The notes under the pieces: generated by a model
The model's database searches: none
What the model was told of the DNA's origin: nothing
What the model saw: the letters and a program-made list of their open reading frames with translations, nothing else
Source of the DNA: an uncultured virus (IMG/VR IMGVR_UViG_3300043410_000754)
Taxonomy: Duplodnaviria; Heunggongvirae; Uroviricota; Caudoviricetes
DNA: 64,000 nucleotides
Virus record (IMG/VR): IMGVR_UViG_3300043410_000754
Direction: 5' to 3' (one strand)
In this document: positions 50,301 through 59,683 of the stretch, piece by piece
Layout of the letters: the number at the start of each line of letters is the position of its first letter
Numbering within the stretch: the stretch's first letter is position 1
Made by a program: the position numbers and the translations under genes

Positions 50301-50477
50301 GGTTGTTACGTATTGGTAGTTACCCTTGCCGTATTCCTGGATCACGCACCAGGATGCACGTTCGGTACGTGCGGCATCTTCACCGCAGAAAAGGCAATGG
50401 CGGTAGCCGAGTTGCCAGCGCTCGATGCGAACCTCGTCGCCGCATGACACACATTCTTTCCAATCTAGGTCTAACAT
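47329..50477 (-). CDS. Array of about 14 small early genes (e.g. 47329-47526, 47516-47785, 47943-48266, 48263-48460, 48447-48629, 49462-49797, 49800-50051, 50054-50245, 50247-50477)
   Basis: Head-to-tail short ORFs with RBSs, overlapping stop/start or palindrome junctions. Confidence 0.6.
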
Positions 50478-50520
50478 TGTTAGGGCTCCGGTTTGTTGAT
50501 GAATTTCATTGTTTTCTTAT

Positions 50521-50549
50521 ATTGTACCATAATGTTATGTAAATGTCAA
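50521..50549 (-). promoter_or_regulatory. Sigma70 early promoter
   Basis: TTGACA-17-TACAAT with extended TG. Confidence 0.8.
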
Positions 50550-50989
50550 GTGTTGTGGCTTCGGGTGAGGCAAGAGCAGAGTAAAGAAACATAACAATGT
50601 TAGGTGAGCAGGCACTAACCAAAATAAACGTAACAATAGCTTTGTTATGAAATGAGGTGGGGAATGTGATAAAAATAATGTAACATTGTGATGAAACGTA
50701 ACAGGAAACGTAACGCGCTAAGTTGTTGATTTGATTGAAGAAAATGATGTTTGTTGATATATTGTTATAAAGTTACGTGTTTTTTAAAGTATGAGTGTGG
50801 CCTGCAAAAATTGGTGAGGTGCGAACTGCACTTGCTGACACCCTCGGTCTTGAAAAAGTTCTCTCTTAATTTGCCAAAAAAACGTAACATGTAACATTAG
50901 GCGTTTTTTCCTTTAAAATCAACGACTTAGCGTGTTACGTTACGTTTTTGGAAATGTAACGCGTTACGTTTTCGCATAACATTGTTAGA

Positions 50990-51083
50990 CCCTAAGCCTA
51001 CCCAGAGAACTGGTACATTTCCGTAACATCGTATTGTTACGTTTCCACCGAGCCCCTAAGCCTATCCAGAGAACTGGTACATT
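50990..51083 (+). repeat. 30-bp direct repeat x2
   Basis: CCCTAAGCCTA(C/T)CCAGAGAACTGGTACATT at 50990 and 51054. Confidence 0.9.
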
Positions 51084-51153
51084 AGCCCTACGCGGGAATG
51101 AATAGAAACGTAACAATGCCCTAACATTGTTAGGGTGCAAAACGTAACAAAGC

Positions 51154-51184
51154 AAAAAGCCCGCAGGGCGAACCTTGCGGGCTT
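51154..51184 (-). terminator. Rho-independent terminator
   Basis: AAGCCCGCAGG..CCTTGCGGGCTT with U tail on the minus strand. Confidence 0.75.
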
Positions 51185-51203
51185 GGGGTTAGGTGGGAAT
51201 GGG

Positions 51204-51566
51204 TTAGTGCTTGGGCTGAACCTTCAGGCCGAGCCGAGCGTATTCCTCAGCCATGATAGGGTTGTTGGCCTGGACGGCGATGGTGGACACTAGATCGTAA
51301 TCCTTCCAATTCATGCGCCCGGTTTGCTCGCAAGCCTCGGCCCACTTGAGAACCCGCAACAATGCCTGGGTGTCCAGTTTGTGCTCGCCGAGGGACTTGC
51401 CCAGGTTGATTTCATTTTCGACTAGCTCATGGCATAGGTTGATTGCCATACACGCGGCCTGGACGATCCCGGCGCGGGTCAGGGATACCGATTCCAAGAT
51501 ATCCATTAGGTCATCCGGGTTCGCGGGTGTCTGAAACATGGGGAGAAAATCAATGGGGTTTTGCAT
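51204..51566 (-). CDS. Hypothetical protein
   Basis: 120 aa ORF followed by a terminator. Confidence 0.55.
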   Translation of the reverse strand: MQNPIDFLPMFQTPANPDDLMDILESVSLTRAGIVQAACMAINLCHELVENEINLGKSLGEHKLDTQALLRVLKWAEACEQTGRMNWKDYDLVSTIAVQANNPIMAEEYARLGLKVQPKH

Positions 51567-51636
51567 GGTGATTCCAGGGTAAGGGTAACAATGTTAGGGT
51601 GTGTGTCTCGGGCCGGGTTTCCCCGGCCCGTCCCGA

Positions 51637-52161
51637 TTACTTGACCATATTCAGATCAACACCCAGGGCCGCGAGGGCCGCGCAGATGTGGGCATGTGCG
51701 GCGCTTTGCTTTTCGTCCAGGTTGTTTTTACCTTCCTCACGCTTGCATGCCTTGTGAAGTGCGGACAATTCCTCGACCATGCGCAAGGTCAACCCGCGCA
51801 CTTGCTTAGCTCCGGCCTTGTCTCCCTCGCCCTCGCCGTCCTCGCCGTCCTCGCCGTCCTCGGACGCCTCGCCCTCGGCTAGCTTCGCGCCTTCTTGACG
51901 GACGCGAGTCCAGGCCACGCTCGGGTTAGAGTGTCCGGCCTTGCGCAAGGCATCCCGGAATTTTTGGCCTTCTTCTTGAATCGGCTTAGCCTCGGGGTCT
52001 TTGTCGTTGTACTCGAACGCGAACCAGTCGGACGCAAAGAAGCTAAACAAGTGTTCGGCGTAGGCGCGGGTCGCGCCGTATCCTCGCATAATGTCGCTGA
52101 CAGTCTCGGCGCGGATGATATCCAGGGCGGACACTTCGGGGGTGATGATTTGATTTTGCAT
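51637..52161 (-). CDS. Hypothetical early protein with acidic EDG repeat
   Basis: 174 aa, GGAG RBS. Confidence 0.7.
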   Translation of the reverse strand: MQNQIITPEVSALDIIRAETVSDIMRGYGATRAYAEHLFSFFASDWFAFEYNDKDPEAKPIQEEGQKFRDALRKAGHSNPSVAWTRVRQEGAKLAEGEASEDGEDGEDGEGEGDKAGAKQVRGLTLRMVEELSALHKACKREEGKNNLDEKQSAAHAHICAALAALGVDLNMVK

Positions 52162-52585
52162 AACATTAAACTCCAGGTAAGTGATGATCCCTTGCGGGGT
52201 TTGTATCGAATGGGTTTCCCCCCTTCGATAACGCTATATTCGCATTTTAGGGTACGATTTGCAAGGTTTCAGGAATAAATAATTTGATACCCGGCCTAGC
52301 CCTAACATTGTTAGGCTTGACCGATCCAGCCGACCCCATCCCCCCGAACTGACACGAAGGAGTCCCTGGGTCCTATTACACAGTGTGTAGCACTCTCGAT
52401 CACCTCGTTTCAACTTTATATAACACCGTAGTACAAATACCCCCCACCCCCATCATTTTTTCCCCACGTTTCTCATTGACGTTTCATGCAAAAACACCCC
52501 CCGTCAAGGGACCCAGAAACAAAAGTTGCACGGGTATATATTTTTCTGTTACATTTCGCGCACTCCCTTTTCATTAAGGTGCCAC

Positions 52586-53197
52586 ATGATTCCTGTTGAG
52601 CCCACAGCAGAACACCCTATTCCGTTCGACCTTTCGGACGAGACCCCCGCTACACATAGCGACGCAGTAGCTACTGCGGTCAACACCGTCGATCTCATCG
52701 AGGAACTCGGCGGCGGGCTGGACTTCAGCAACCCGGACCTGTTTCAAGCTCAAAAATTGGTGCTCGGCCAGGACAAACCGAACACACCCCGGCACATTTC
52801 CTCCCCCACCGAGGCTGCTGCAGCTCACGCAATCATCCGTCGGCACGACTTCACTGCGTTCCAAGACGCACTCCAGGCCCGGAACTTCATCACAAACAAG
52901 CTGGTAGCGCTCGCCGACTGCGGAGACCCAAAGTTGGAGCTCAAGGCGCTCGAGCTGCTCGGAAAACACTCGGATATTGGCCTTTTCACCGAGCGCAGCG
53001 AGATCACAATCACCCACACCACGTCCACAGCACTAGAAAACAGCATCAAAGAGCGGGTGAAGCGCCTTTTGGGGGCCGATACAGTGGACATCGTGCCCGA
53101 ATTGATCGACGAATTGGACACTTTGAACGCGAAAAAAGAGGATGTGAGTTCAATTCACACCCCTGAAACCCCTGCCGAGGAGCCAGAAGATGAGTGA
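52586..53197 (+). CDS. Probable terminase small subunit
   Basis: LKALELLGK motif; upstream of the large terminase; AAGGT RBS. Confidence 0.6.
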   Translation: MIPVEPTAEHPIPFDLSDETPATHSDAVATAVNTVDLIEELGGGLDFSNPDLFQAQKLVLGQDKPNTPRHISSPTEAAAAHAIIRRHDFTAFQDALQARNFITNKLVALADCGDPKLELKALELLGKHSDIGLFTERSEITITHTTSTALENSIKERVKRLLGADTVDIVPELIDELDTLNAKKEDVSSIHTPETPAEEPEDE

Positions 53198-53489
53198 TAC
53201 CAGCCTGAGCGGGTTCAAAGCCCCGGATTTTGGAAAAACCCACGAAGAAAAGACCCGGAGTCAGCTGCTCAAGCAGTTCATGGACGCGGAAACCCTCTCA
53301 AATCTGCCGTATGAAATTGCCAAAGGGCGCAAAGAGGCACGCGAAGCCGAGCAAAGAGCGAAGATGGAGGCCCGTCTGGCAACTCGCATCACTCGGGACA
53401 TCCCCATGGAGAACTACCGGGCCTCTTCTTCCTACGACGACGATGCGACCTACAAACCTGGGGCTTTTTTAGGGCTGGGGAATGGCTGA
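53190..53489 (+). CDS. Hypothetical protein
   Basis: Overlaps both terminase genes. Confidence 0.5.
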   Translation: MSDTSLSGFKAPDFGKTHEEKTRSQLLKQFMDAETLSNLPYEIAKGRKEAREAEQRAKMEARLATRITRDIPMENYRASSSYDDDATYKPGAFLGLGNG

Positions 53490-55002
53490 CATCACCCTCA
53501 AGGACATCGAACTGCTGATCAACTCGGGGAAGTTGTCCGAGAGTGACTTGCGCACGTTGGAGGCGCAGCTCATTCGACTAGAGAAGCTCAAGGATAGAGA
53601 ACTCGCGCAGGAAAAGTTCATCAAGTTCGTGGAGAAGGTGTGGCCGACGTTCATTTCTGGGGCACACCACAAGCGGATGGCGGCTGCGTTCGAGCGCGTG
53701 GCGCGTGGAGAGTGCAAACGGCTCATCATCAACATGCCTCCCCGGCATACCAAGTCCGAGTTCGCGAGTTACCTGCTCCCGGCTTGGTTTTTGGGTAAGT
53801 TTCCACACAAGAAAGTGATCCAGGCGTCCAACACGGGCGAGTTGGCGGTGGGCTTCGGTCGTAAGGTGCGAAACCTTGTGGATTCCGAGGTGTACAAGGA
53901 CATCTTCCCCGATCTCTCCCTGTCTGCCGACTCCAAAGCGGCGGGGCGGTGGAACACATCCAAGGGCGGGGATTATTTCGCTATTGGTGTGGGCGGTACG
54001 GTGACGGGTAAGGGTGCCGACGTGCTCATCATCGACGACCCGCACTCAGAACAAGAAGCGGCCATGGCTGCTACCAACCCGGACGTGTATGACAAGGTAG
54101 AAGAGTGGTACACGTCAGGTCCGCGTCAGCGTCTGCAGCCGGGTGGGGCCATCGTGATCGTGATGACGCGTTGGGCGCAGAGAGATTTGACTGGCCGAGT
54201 GCTCAAAAGCGCGGCGCAGCGGGGTGGCGAAGAGTGGGAGGTCATTGAGTTTCCCGCGATCCTGCCGAGCGGCAATCCGCTGTGGCCGCAGTTCTGGTCC
54301 ATCGAGGAGCTGGAGGCGCTCAAAGAAGAACTGCCCAACGCCAAGTGGCAGGCGCAGTACCAGCAGAACCCGGTGGGCAACGAGTCCGCCATCATCAAGC
54401 GCGACTGGTGGCAGTGGTGGGAAGAGGACCGCCCGCCCGAGTGTGAGTACATCCTCCAGAGCTGGGACACGGCGTTCGAGAAGACCCAGCGGGCCGACTA
54501 TTCCGCAGGGACGACGTGGGGCGTGTTCACCCACCACAAGGACAACACCAAGAACATCATTCTCCTGAACACGTACAAGAAGCGTGTGGAGTTCCCGGAG
54601 TTGAAGAAGGACGTGCTCAAGGAGTACACAAACTACGACCCGGACACGCTGCTGGTGGAGAAAAAGGCGTCTGGAGCGCCTCTCATATATGACCTGCGAG
54701 CCATGGGTATACCGGTCAGCGAGTACACGCCGAGCAAGGGGCAGGACAAGATTGCCCGTTTGAACAGCGTCTCGGACATAATTGCCAGTGGGAAAGTGTG
54801 GGTTCCGCGCACAAGATGGGCGGAAGAGTTGGTTGATGAGGTTGCGGCGTTCCCGTCAGGCGAGCATGATGACTTGGTGGACGCAACGACGTTGGCGCTG
54901 ATGCGCTTCCGTCAGGGTGGGTTCCTTCGCCTTCCGGTGGACGAGCCTGAAGAGATTACGTGGTTCAAAGGACACCGCCGAGAGCGGTTCTATTCGGTGT
55001 AA
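53482..55002 (+). CDS. terL: Terminase large subunit
   Basis: PPRHTKS, IIDDP, MTRW, SWDTA, HDDLVDA. Confidence 0.95.
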   Translation: MADITLKDIELLINSGKLSESDLRTLEAQLIRLEKLKDRELAQEKFIKFVEKVWPTFISGAHHKRMAAAFERVARGECKRLIINMPPRHTKSEFASYLLPAWFLGKFPHKKVIQASNTGELAVGFGRKVRNLVDSEVYKDIFPDLSLSADSKAAGRWNTSKGGDYFAIGVGGTVTGKGADVLIIDDPHSEQEAAMAATNPDVYDKVEEWYTSGPRQRLQPGGAIVIVMTRWAQRDLTGRVLKSAAQRGGEEWEVIEFPAILPSGNPLWPQFWSIEELEALKEELPNAKWQAQYQQNPVGNESAIIKRDWWQWWEEDRPPECEYILQSWDTAFEKTQRADYSAGTTWGVFTHHKDNTKNIILLNTYKKRVEFPELKKDVLKEYTNYDPDTLLVEKKASGAPLIYDLRAMGIPVSEYTPSKGQDKIARLNSVSDIIASGKVWVPRTRWAEELVDEVAAFPSGEHDDLVDATTLALMRFRQGGFLRLPVDEPEEITWFKGHRRERFYSV

Positions 55003-55011
55003 GGACACATC

Positions 55012-57549
55012 ATGGCAATGGAAAAAGGTTTGTACGCAGCGCCCGAGGGACTCGGGGCTTTGGCTGGGCCCGCGATGGAGATCGAGATCGAGGACCCCGA
55101 GGCGGTCCACATTGGGTTGGGCGACATCGAGATTGACCTCGAACCCCGCCAGCATGAAGAGGAAGACTTCGACGCGAACCTCGCCGAGCTGATCGACGGC
55201 AAAGAGTTGGCTGCTCTGGCCACCGACCTGATTGCCGACTTTGACAAAGACATCAACGACCGCAAGGAGTGGATGCAGACGTACGTGGACGGCCTGAAGC
55301 TCTTGGGTCTCAAGTATGAAGATAGGACTGAGCCATGGCAAGGAGCCTGCGGTGTGTTTCACCCGATGCTGACCGAGTCCGTTGTGCGCTTCCAGTCGGA
55401 AGCCATGACCGAGACGTTCCCAGCGATGGGGCCTGTGAAAACCCAGATTGTTGGCGCGATCGACAAACTGCGCGAAGAAGCGGCCACACGCGTGCGCGAG
55501 GACATGAACTTCCAACTGACGGAGGTCATGACCGAGTACCGTTCCGAGCATGAGCGCATGTTGTGGAGCCTGCCGATCACTGGCTCTGCGTTCAAGAAGG
55601 TCTACTACGACCCGAGCAAGGGACGCCAAGTAGCCATTTTCATCCCCGCCGAGGACATTGTCGTCCCCTACGGCAGCTCGAATATCGAGGACTCTGAGCG
55701 TGTTACCCACGTGATGCGCAAGACCGAAAACGAAGTGACCAAGCTGATGGACGCCGGGTACTACCTCGACGTGGACCTGGGTGAGCCGTCATATCAGTTG
55801 GACGACATCGAGAAGCAGAAGGCCGAGGAGATGGGCCTCACAGCGATTGAAGATGATCGCTACCGTATCCTTGAGATGCACGTGCTGCTCGACCTGCCTG
55901 GGTTCGAGCACAAGGACAAGAAGGGCCGTGAGACCGGCATCGCTCTGCCGTACGTGGTGACAATCGAGAAGGGAACGACTAATATCCTAGCCATCCGCAG
56001 GAATTGGTACGAAGATGACAAACTCCACACCAAACGACAACACTTCGTCCACTACCAATACATCCCCGGATTCGGATTCTACGGGTACGGACTCATCCAC
56101 CTCATCGGTGGCTACGCCAAGTCCGCGACCATGCTCATTCGCCAGCTGGTGGATGCAGGCACGTTGTCGAACCTCCCTGGTGGCCTCAAATCACGAGGCC
56201 TTCGCGTTAAGGGTGATGACACGCCGATTGCCCCCGGAGAATTCCGGGACGTAGATGTGCCGAGCGGCTCGATCCGCGACAACATCCTGCCGCTGCCGTA
56301 CAAAGAGCCGAGTCAGGTTCTGTACTCGCTGTTCCAGCAGATCGTTCAAGAGGGCCGTGCCTTTGCGTCTAGCGGAGACATGAAGGTGAGCGACATGAGT
56401 AGCCAAGCCCCCGTGGGCACCACGCTGGCTATTCTTGAGCGTACCCTGAAGGTGATGACGGCTGTGCAGGCCCGCATCCACAACGCGATGAAGCAGGAGT
56501 TCAAGCTCTTGAAGGTCATCATCGCCGACTACTGCCCGGAAGAGTACGACTACCAGCCGGTGGACGGTAGCCGACGCGCTCGTCGTAGCGACTATGACAT
56601 GGTGGACGTGATTCCGGTGTCGGACCCCAACGCTGCCACCATGGCGCAGAAAATCGTGACGTACCAAGCTGTGCTGCAGCTGGCTCAGTCTGCCCCTCAG
56701 TTGTATGACCTGCCCCTGTTGCACCGTCAGATGATCGAGGTGTTGGGCGTGAAGAACGCTGCCAAGCTCGTGCCCATCGAGGACGATGCCACACCGATGG
56801 ACCCCATACAGGAGAACCAGAACCTCCTGACGCAGAAGCCCGTCAAGGCGTTCTTGGAGCAGAACCATCAGGCCCACATCCAGGTCCACATGTCTGCCAT
56901 CCAGAACCCCAAGATTCAGCAGCTCATGCAGATGAACCCGTCCGCCCAGGCCATCATGGCTGCAGCGATGGCGCACATCAACGAGCACATTGCCATGGAG
57001 TACCGTATCCAGGTCGAGCAGGCCATGGGTATGCCGCTGCCCCCGATGGAGGACAAGAACTCCGAAGAGAAACCGCACATCCCGCCGCAGATGGCCGACC
57101 AGATCGCCATGATGGCCGCGCAAGCGTCTCAACAACTCTTGCAGCGCGACCAGCAGCAGGCTCAACAGCAGCAGGCCCAGCAGCAGATGCAGGACCCGGT
57201 GGTCCAGATGCAGATGCAGGAGCTTCAGATCAAGCAGCAGGAGTTGCAGCTCAAGCAGCAGAAGCAGCAGATCGAGGCCGTGGCCAAAGCCGACCAGCTC
57301 GAGATCGAGAAGGCTCGCATCGAGGCTCAGAAAGAGATCGCCGCCATGCAGGTGGGTGCTACCGCTGCCGCTGCCAAAGACAAGGCTCAGCGCCAGTCGG
57401 AGATGGAGGGTATGCGCATCGGTGTTGACGTGGCCAAGCACAAGGCCCAGATGCGCCAGCAGAACATTCAGCAGCACCTGCAGCGACAGCACCAGACCGC
57501 GCAGTCCAAGGCGCAGCAGAAGGCTCAACCCAAGAAGGAAACTAAATGA
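55012..57549 (+). CDS. Portal protein
   Basis: Follows terL; 845 aa with a Q-rich coiled-coil C-terminus like P22-type portals. Confidence 0.8.
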   Translation: MAMEKGLYAAPEGLGALAGPAMEIEIEDPEAVHIGLGDIEIDLEPRQHEEEDFDANLAELIDGKELAALATDLIADFDKDINDRKEWMQTYVDGLKLLGLKYEDRTEPWQGACGVFHPMLTESVVRFQSEAMTETFPAMGPVKTQIVGAIDKLREEAATRVREDMNFQLTEVMTEYRSEHERMLWSLPITGSAFKKVYYDPSKGRQVAIFIPAEDIVVPYGSSNIEDSERVTHVMRKTENEVTKLMDAGYYLDVDLGEPSYQLDDIEKQKAEEMGLTAIEDDRYRILEMHVLLDLPGFEHKDKKGRETGIALPYVVTIEKGTTNILAIRRNWYEDDKLHTKRQHFVHYQYIPGFGFYGYGLIHLIGGYAKSATMLIRQLVDAGTLSNLPGGLKSRGLRVKGDDTPIAPGEFRDVDVPSGSIRDNILPLPYKEPSQVLYSLFQQIVQEGRAFASSGDMKVSDMSSQAPVGTTLAILERTLKVMTAVQARIHNAMKQEFKLLKVIIADYCPEEYDYQPVDGSRRARRSDYDMVDVIPVSDPNAATMAQKIVTYQAVLQLAQSAPQLYDLPLLHRQMIEVLGVKNAAKLVPIEDDATPMDPIQENQNLLTQKPVKAFLEQNHQAHIQVHMSAIQNPKIQQLMQMNPSAQAIMAAAMAHINEHIAMEYRIQVEQAMGMPLPPMEDKNSEEKPHIPPQMADQIAMMAAQASQQLLQRDQQQAQQQQAQQQMQDPVVQMQMQELQIKQQELQLKQQKQQIEAVAKADQLEIEKARIEAQKEIAAMQVGATAAAAKDKAQRQSEMEGMRIGVDVAKHKAQMRQQNIQQHLQRQHQTAQSKAQQKAQPKKETK

Positions 57550-57746
57550 CGTTTGATTCCCGTGCGTTCGCGCACGTGCAAAAAGAAATCGCGAGAACTC
57601 GGCAAGAGCAGGTGGAATTCCTTGCCGCAGGAAGCGCAAAGACGTACGACGAGTACCAAAAAATCTGCGGAGTGATCCGGGGTCTTAACCTCGCAGATTC
57701 CACCATAAACGACCTCGTGCAAAGAATGGAAACATCTGATGAGTGA
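57546..57746 (+). CDS. Small helical protein
   Basis: EYQKICGVIRGL. Confidence 0.65.
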   Translation: MTFDSRAFAHVQKEIARTRQEQVEFLAAGSAKTYDEYQKICGVIRGLNLADSTINDLVQRMETSDE

Positions 57747-58149
57747 ATTCGACGTGAACGCCGTTGACCTGTCTGGAATCCTGAACAAGGACTCCGAACA
57801 GAAGGCCAAACAGCTCCCCGAGCCCGCAGGGTTCATGCTGCTCACCGTGGTCCCCGAGGCCATGGAGGAGTACGCGGATAGCGAGATTGGGATTGTGAAG
57901 TCCAGCGGTGACATCTGGCGTGAGGAAATGCTCACTCCGGTGCTGTTCGTGGTCAAGATGGGCCCCGAGGCTTATCAAGACAAAACGCGGTTCCCTAGTG
58001 GACCTCGCTGCAAGGTGGGCGACTTCGTTGTCGTTCGCCCCAATTCAGGCACCCGCCTGAAGATTCATGGCCGAGAGTTCCGCATCATCAATGATGATTC
58101 GGTCGAGGCTGTTGTTGAAGACCCGCGTGGTATCACCCGCGCTGCTTAA
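57739..58149 (+). CDS. GroES-like co-chaperonin
   Basis: P..G..LL, GIV mobile loop, VVKMGP, CKVGDFV, GTRLKIHGREFRIINDDSVEAVV. Confidence 0.8.
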   Translation: MSEFDVNAVDLSGILNKDSEQKAKQLPEPAGFMLLTVVPEAMEEYADSEIGIVKSSGDIWREEMLTPVLFVVKMGPEAYQDKTRFPSGPRCKVGDFVVVRPNSGTRLKIHGREFRIINDDSVEAVVEDPRGITRAA

Positions 58150-58158
58150 GGAGCACAC

Positions 58159-59181
58159 ATGGCAACCCAAGCTAAGTACGACGAAGGGGAAGACTTCGAG
58201 TTCCCCGACGAGAAGGAAGAGAAGGCGAAGGCCAAGGCAAAAGCCAAGGACGACGACTTTGAAGTCGATATTGAAGACGACACCCCGGTCGCGGACCGTG
58301 GCCGCAAGCCCTCCAAGGAGCCCGTTGAGGACCCCACGGAAGACGAGCTTGCAAGCTACGACGAGAAGGTCCAGAACCGGATCAAGAAATTCACTCGTGG
58401 ATATCACGATGAGCGACGTGCCAAGGAGCAAGCCCTGCGTGAGCGGGAGGCTGCTGAGTCGTTTGCCCGTCAGGTGTTCGACGAGAACAAGAAGCTGAAA
58501 GAGCAGCTGTCTGTCGGTAGCAAGGCATACGTAGAGACGGCAAAAAGCGCCGCCGAAGCCGAGCTGGAAGCCGCCCGCGAGAAGTACCGCAAGGCGTACG
58601 AGACCGCCGACCCTGACGCACTCGTCAAGGCGCAAGAGGACATCGCCCGTGCCACGGTGAAAGCCGAGCGTGCTGGCCACCTGCAGCCGGTGGAGATGGA
58701 GGACGACAAGGAGTTCCGCATCCCTCAGAGCCAACAAGAGCAGGAAGCTCCTCGCGTGAGCCGCCGTACCCAGTCGTGGTTGGATAACAACTCGGACTGG
58801 TTCGGGAAAGATGACGAAATGACGATGGCTGCGATGGGTCTTGACAAGAAGTTCCAGAAGCAGTATGGTCCCGACTACGTTGGTACACCTGAGTACTTTC
58901 AGGCTATCGACAAAACAATGCGCAAGCGTTTTCCTGAGTATTTTGAAGATGCTCAGAGCGATGAGGATGACGAGCCGCCTCGAAAGAAAAGAGCTGAACC
59001 GGCAGATGAGGATGAACCTCCGCGCCGTGCCTCAAAAACCGCTACGGTCGTGGCTCCGGCCTCACGTAGCACACCGCCTAGTCGTGTACGACTGAAGGCA
59101 TCCGAAGCAGCGATCGCTCGCCGACTTGGGGTCCCTTTGGAAGAATACGCAAAACAGGTTGCTAAGCTAGAAAGAAGTTAA
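58159..59181 (+). CDS. Probable scaffolding protein
   Basis: Acidic coiled coil; C-terminal IARRLGVPLEEYAK; upstream of the capsid gene. Confidence 0.65.
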   Translation: MATQAKYDEGEDFEFPDEKEEKAKAKAKAKDDDFEVDIEDDTPVADRGRKPSKEPVEDPTEDELASYDEKVQNRIKKFTRGYHDERRAKEQALREREAAESFARQVFDENKKLKEQLSVGSKAYVETAKSAAEAELEAAREKYRKAYETADPDALVKAQEDIARATVKAERAGHLQPVEMEDDKEFRIPQSQQEQEAPRVSRRTQSWLDNNSDWFGKDDEMTMAAMGLDKKFQKQYGPDYVGTPEYFQAIDKTMRKRFPEYFEDAQSDEDDEPPRKKRAEPADEDEPPRRASKTATVVAPASRSTPPSRVRLKASEAAIARRLGVPLEEYAKQVAKLERS

Positions 59182-59183
59182 AC

Positions 59184-59663
59184 ATGGAACAGACTACACA
59201 AACTCAGGCTGCAGGCCGTCAAAATCGTATGACTCGTGAACTCGATTCGCGGGCTACATTTCAACGTCCCACAGCGTGGCGTCCCCCGGAGACCCTCCCG
59301 TCTCCTGATGCCCGTCCGGGTTGGACCCATCGTTGGGTTCGCATCTCGATGCTCGGTAGCGCTGACGCGTCTAACATTTCTAGCAAGTTCCGCGAAGGAT
59401 ACGAACCCTGCAAAGCAGAGGAATATCCCGAGCTAATGATGCACGCGACTACCGAAGGTCGTTTCAAAGGAAACATCGAGGTGGGCGGTTTGTTGCTCTG
59501 TCGTATTCCCGACGAGTTCCTGCGTCAACGGGAGGCGTACTACGCCAACCAGAACAAGGCTCAGATGGAATCGGTGGACAACAATTTCATGCGTGACAGT
59601 GACCCCCGAATGCCGCTCTTCGCTGAGCGTAAGTCCAACGTCACTTTCGGTCCCGGTTCTTAA
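59184..59663 (+). CDS. Head-module protein of unknown function
   Basis: HRWVR..GYEP..VGGLLLCRIP. Confidence 0.65.
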   Translation: MEQTTQTQAAGRQNRMTRELDSRATFQRPTAWRPPETLPSPDARPGWTHRWVRISMLGSADASNISSKFREGYEPCKAEEYPELMMHATTEGRFKGNIEVGGLLLCRIPDEFLRQREAYYANQNKAQMESVDNNFMRDSDPRMPLFAERKSNVTFGPGS

Positions 59664-59683
59664 ACTTTTTCAAGGAGTCTTAA

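Larger units (their letters stand above)
50480..51200. other. AT-rich non-coding control region (candidate origin or genome-end region)
   Basis: No ORFs; many AACGTAAC/GTTACGTT units, inverted and direct repeats. Confidence 0.6.
34192..52314. repeat. Dispersed 13-bp palindrome CTAACAWTGTTAG, about 23 copies
   Basis: Perfect copies start at 34192, 35644, 37986, 40287, 41678, 42641, 43596, 44929, 46699, 47403, 48454, 49229, 49791, 50471, 51121, 52302; TAACANTGTTA core variants at 39478, 44133, 45644, 50045, 50591, 50976, 51585. Confidence 0.95.

Noticed and set aside
41678..50483. Classical integron cassette array
   Set aside because: No tyrosine recombinase seen; sites are 13 bp rather than attC-length hairpins, although TAAC/GTTA resembles attC core ends; many copies lie inside genes
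50990..51083. CRISPR array
   Set aside because: Only two repeats, spacer made of local motifs, no cas operon; the nuclease at 31190 is a normal phage replication-module gene
51831..51862. 9-bp tandem repeat CCTCGCCGT
   Set aside because: Explained by the acidic EDG linker in the 51637-52161 protein
57120..57540. CAG-rich low-complexity DNA
   Set aside because: Encodes the Gln-rich coiled coil of the portal
59371..59383. CTAACATTTCTAG near-match to the palindrome outside the early region
   Set aside because: Two core mismatches; compatible with chance
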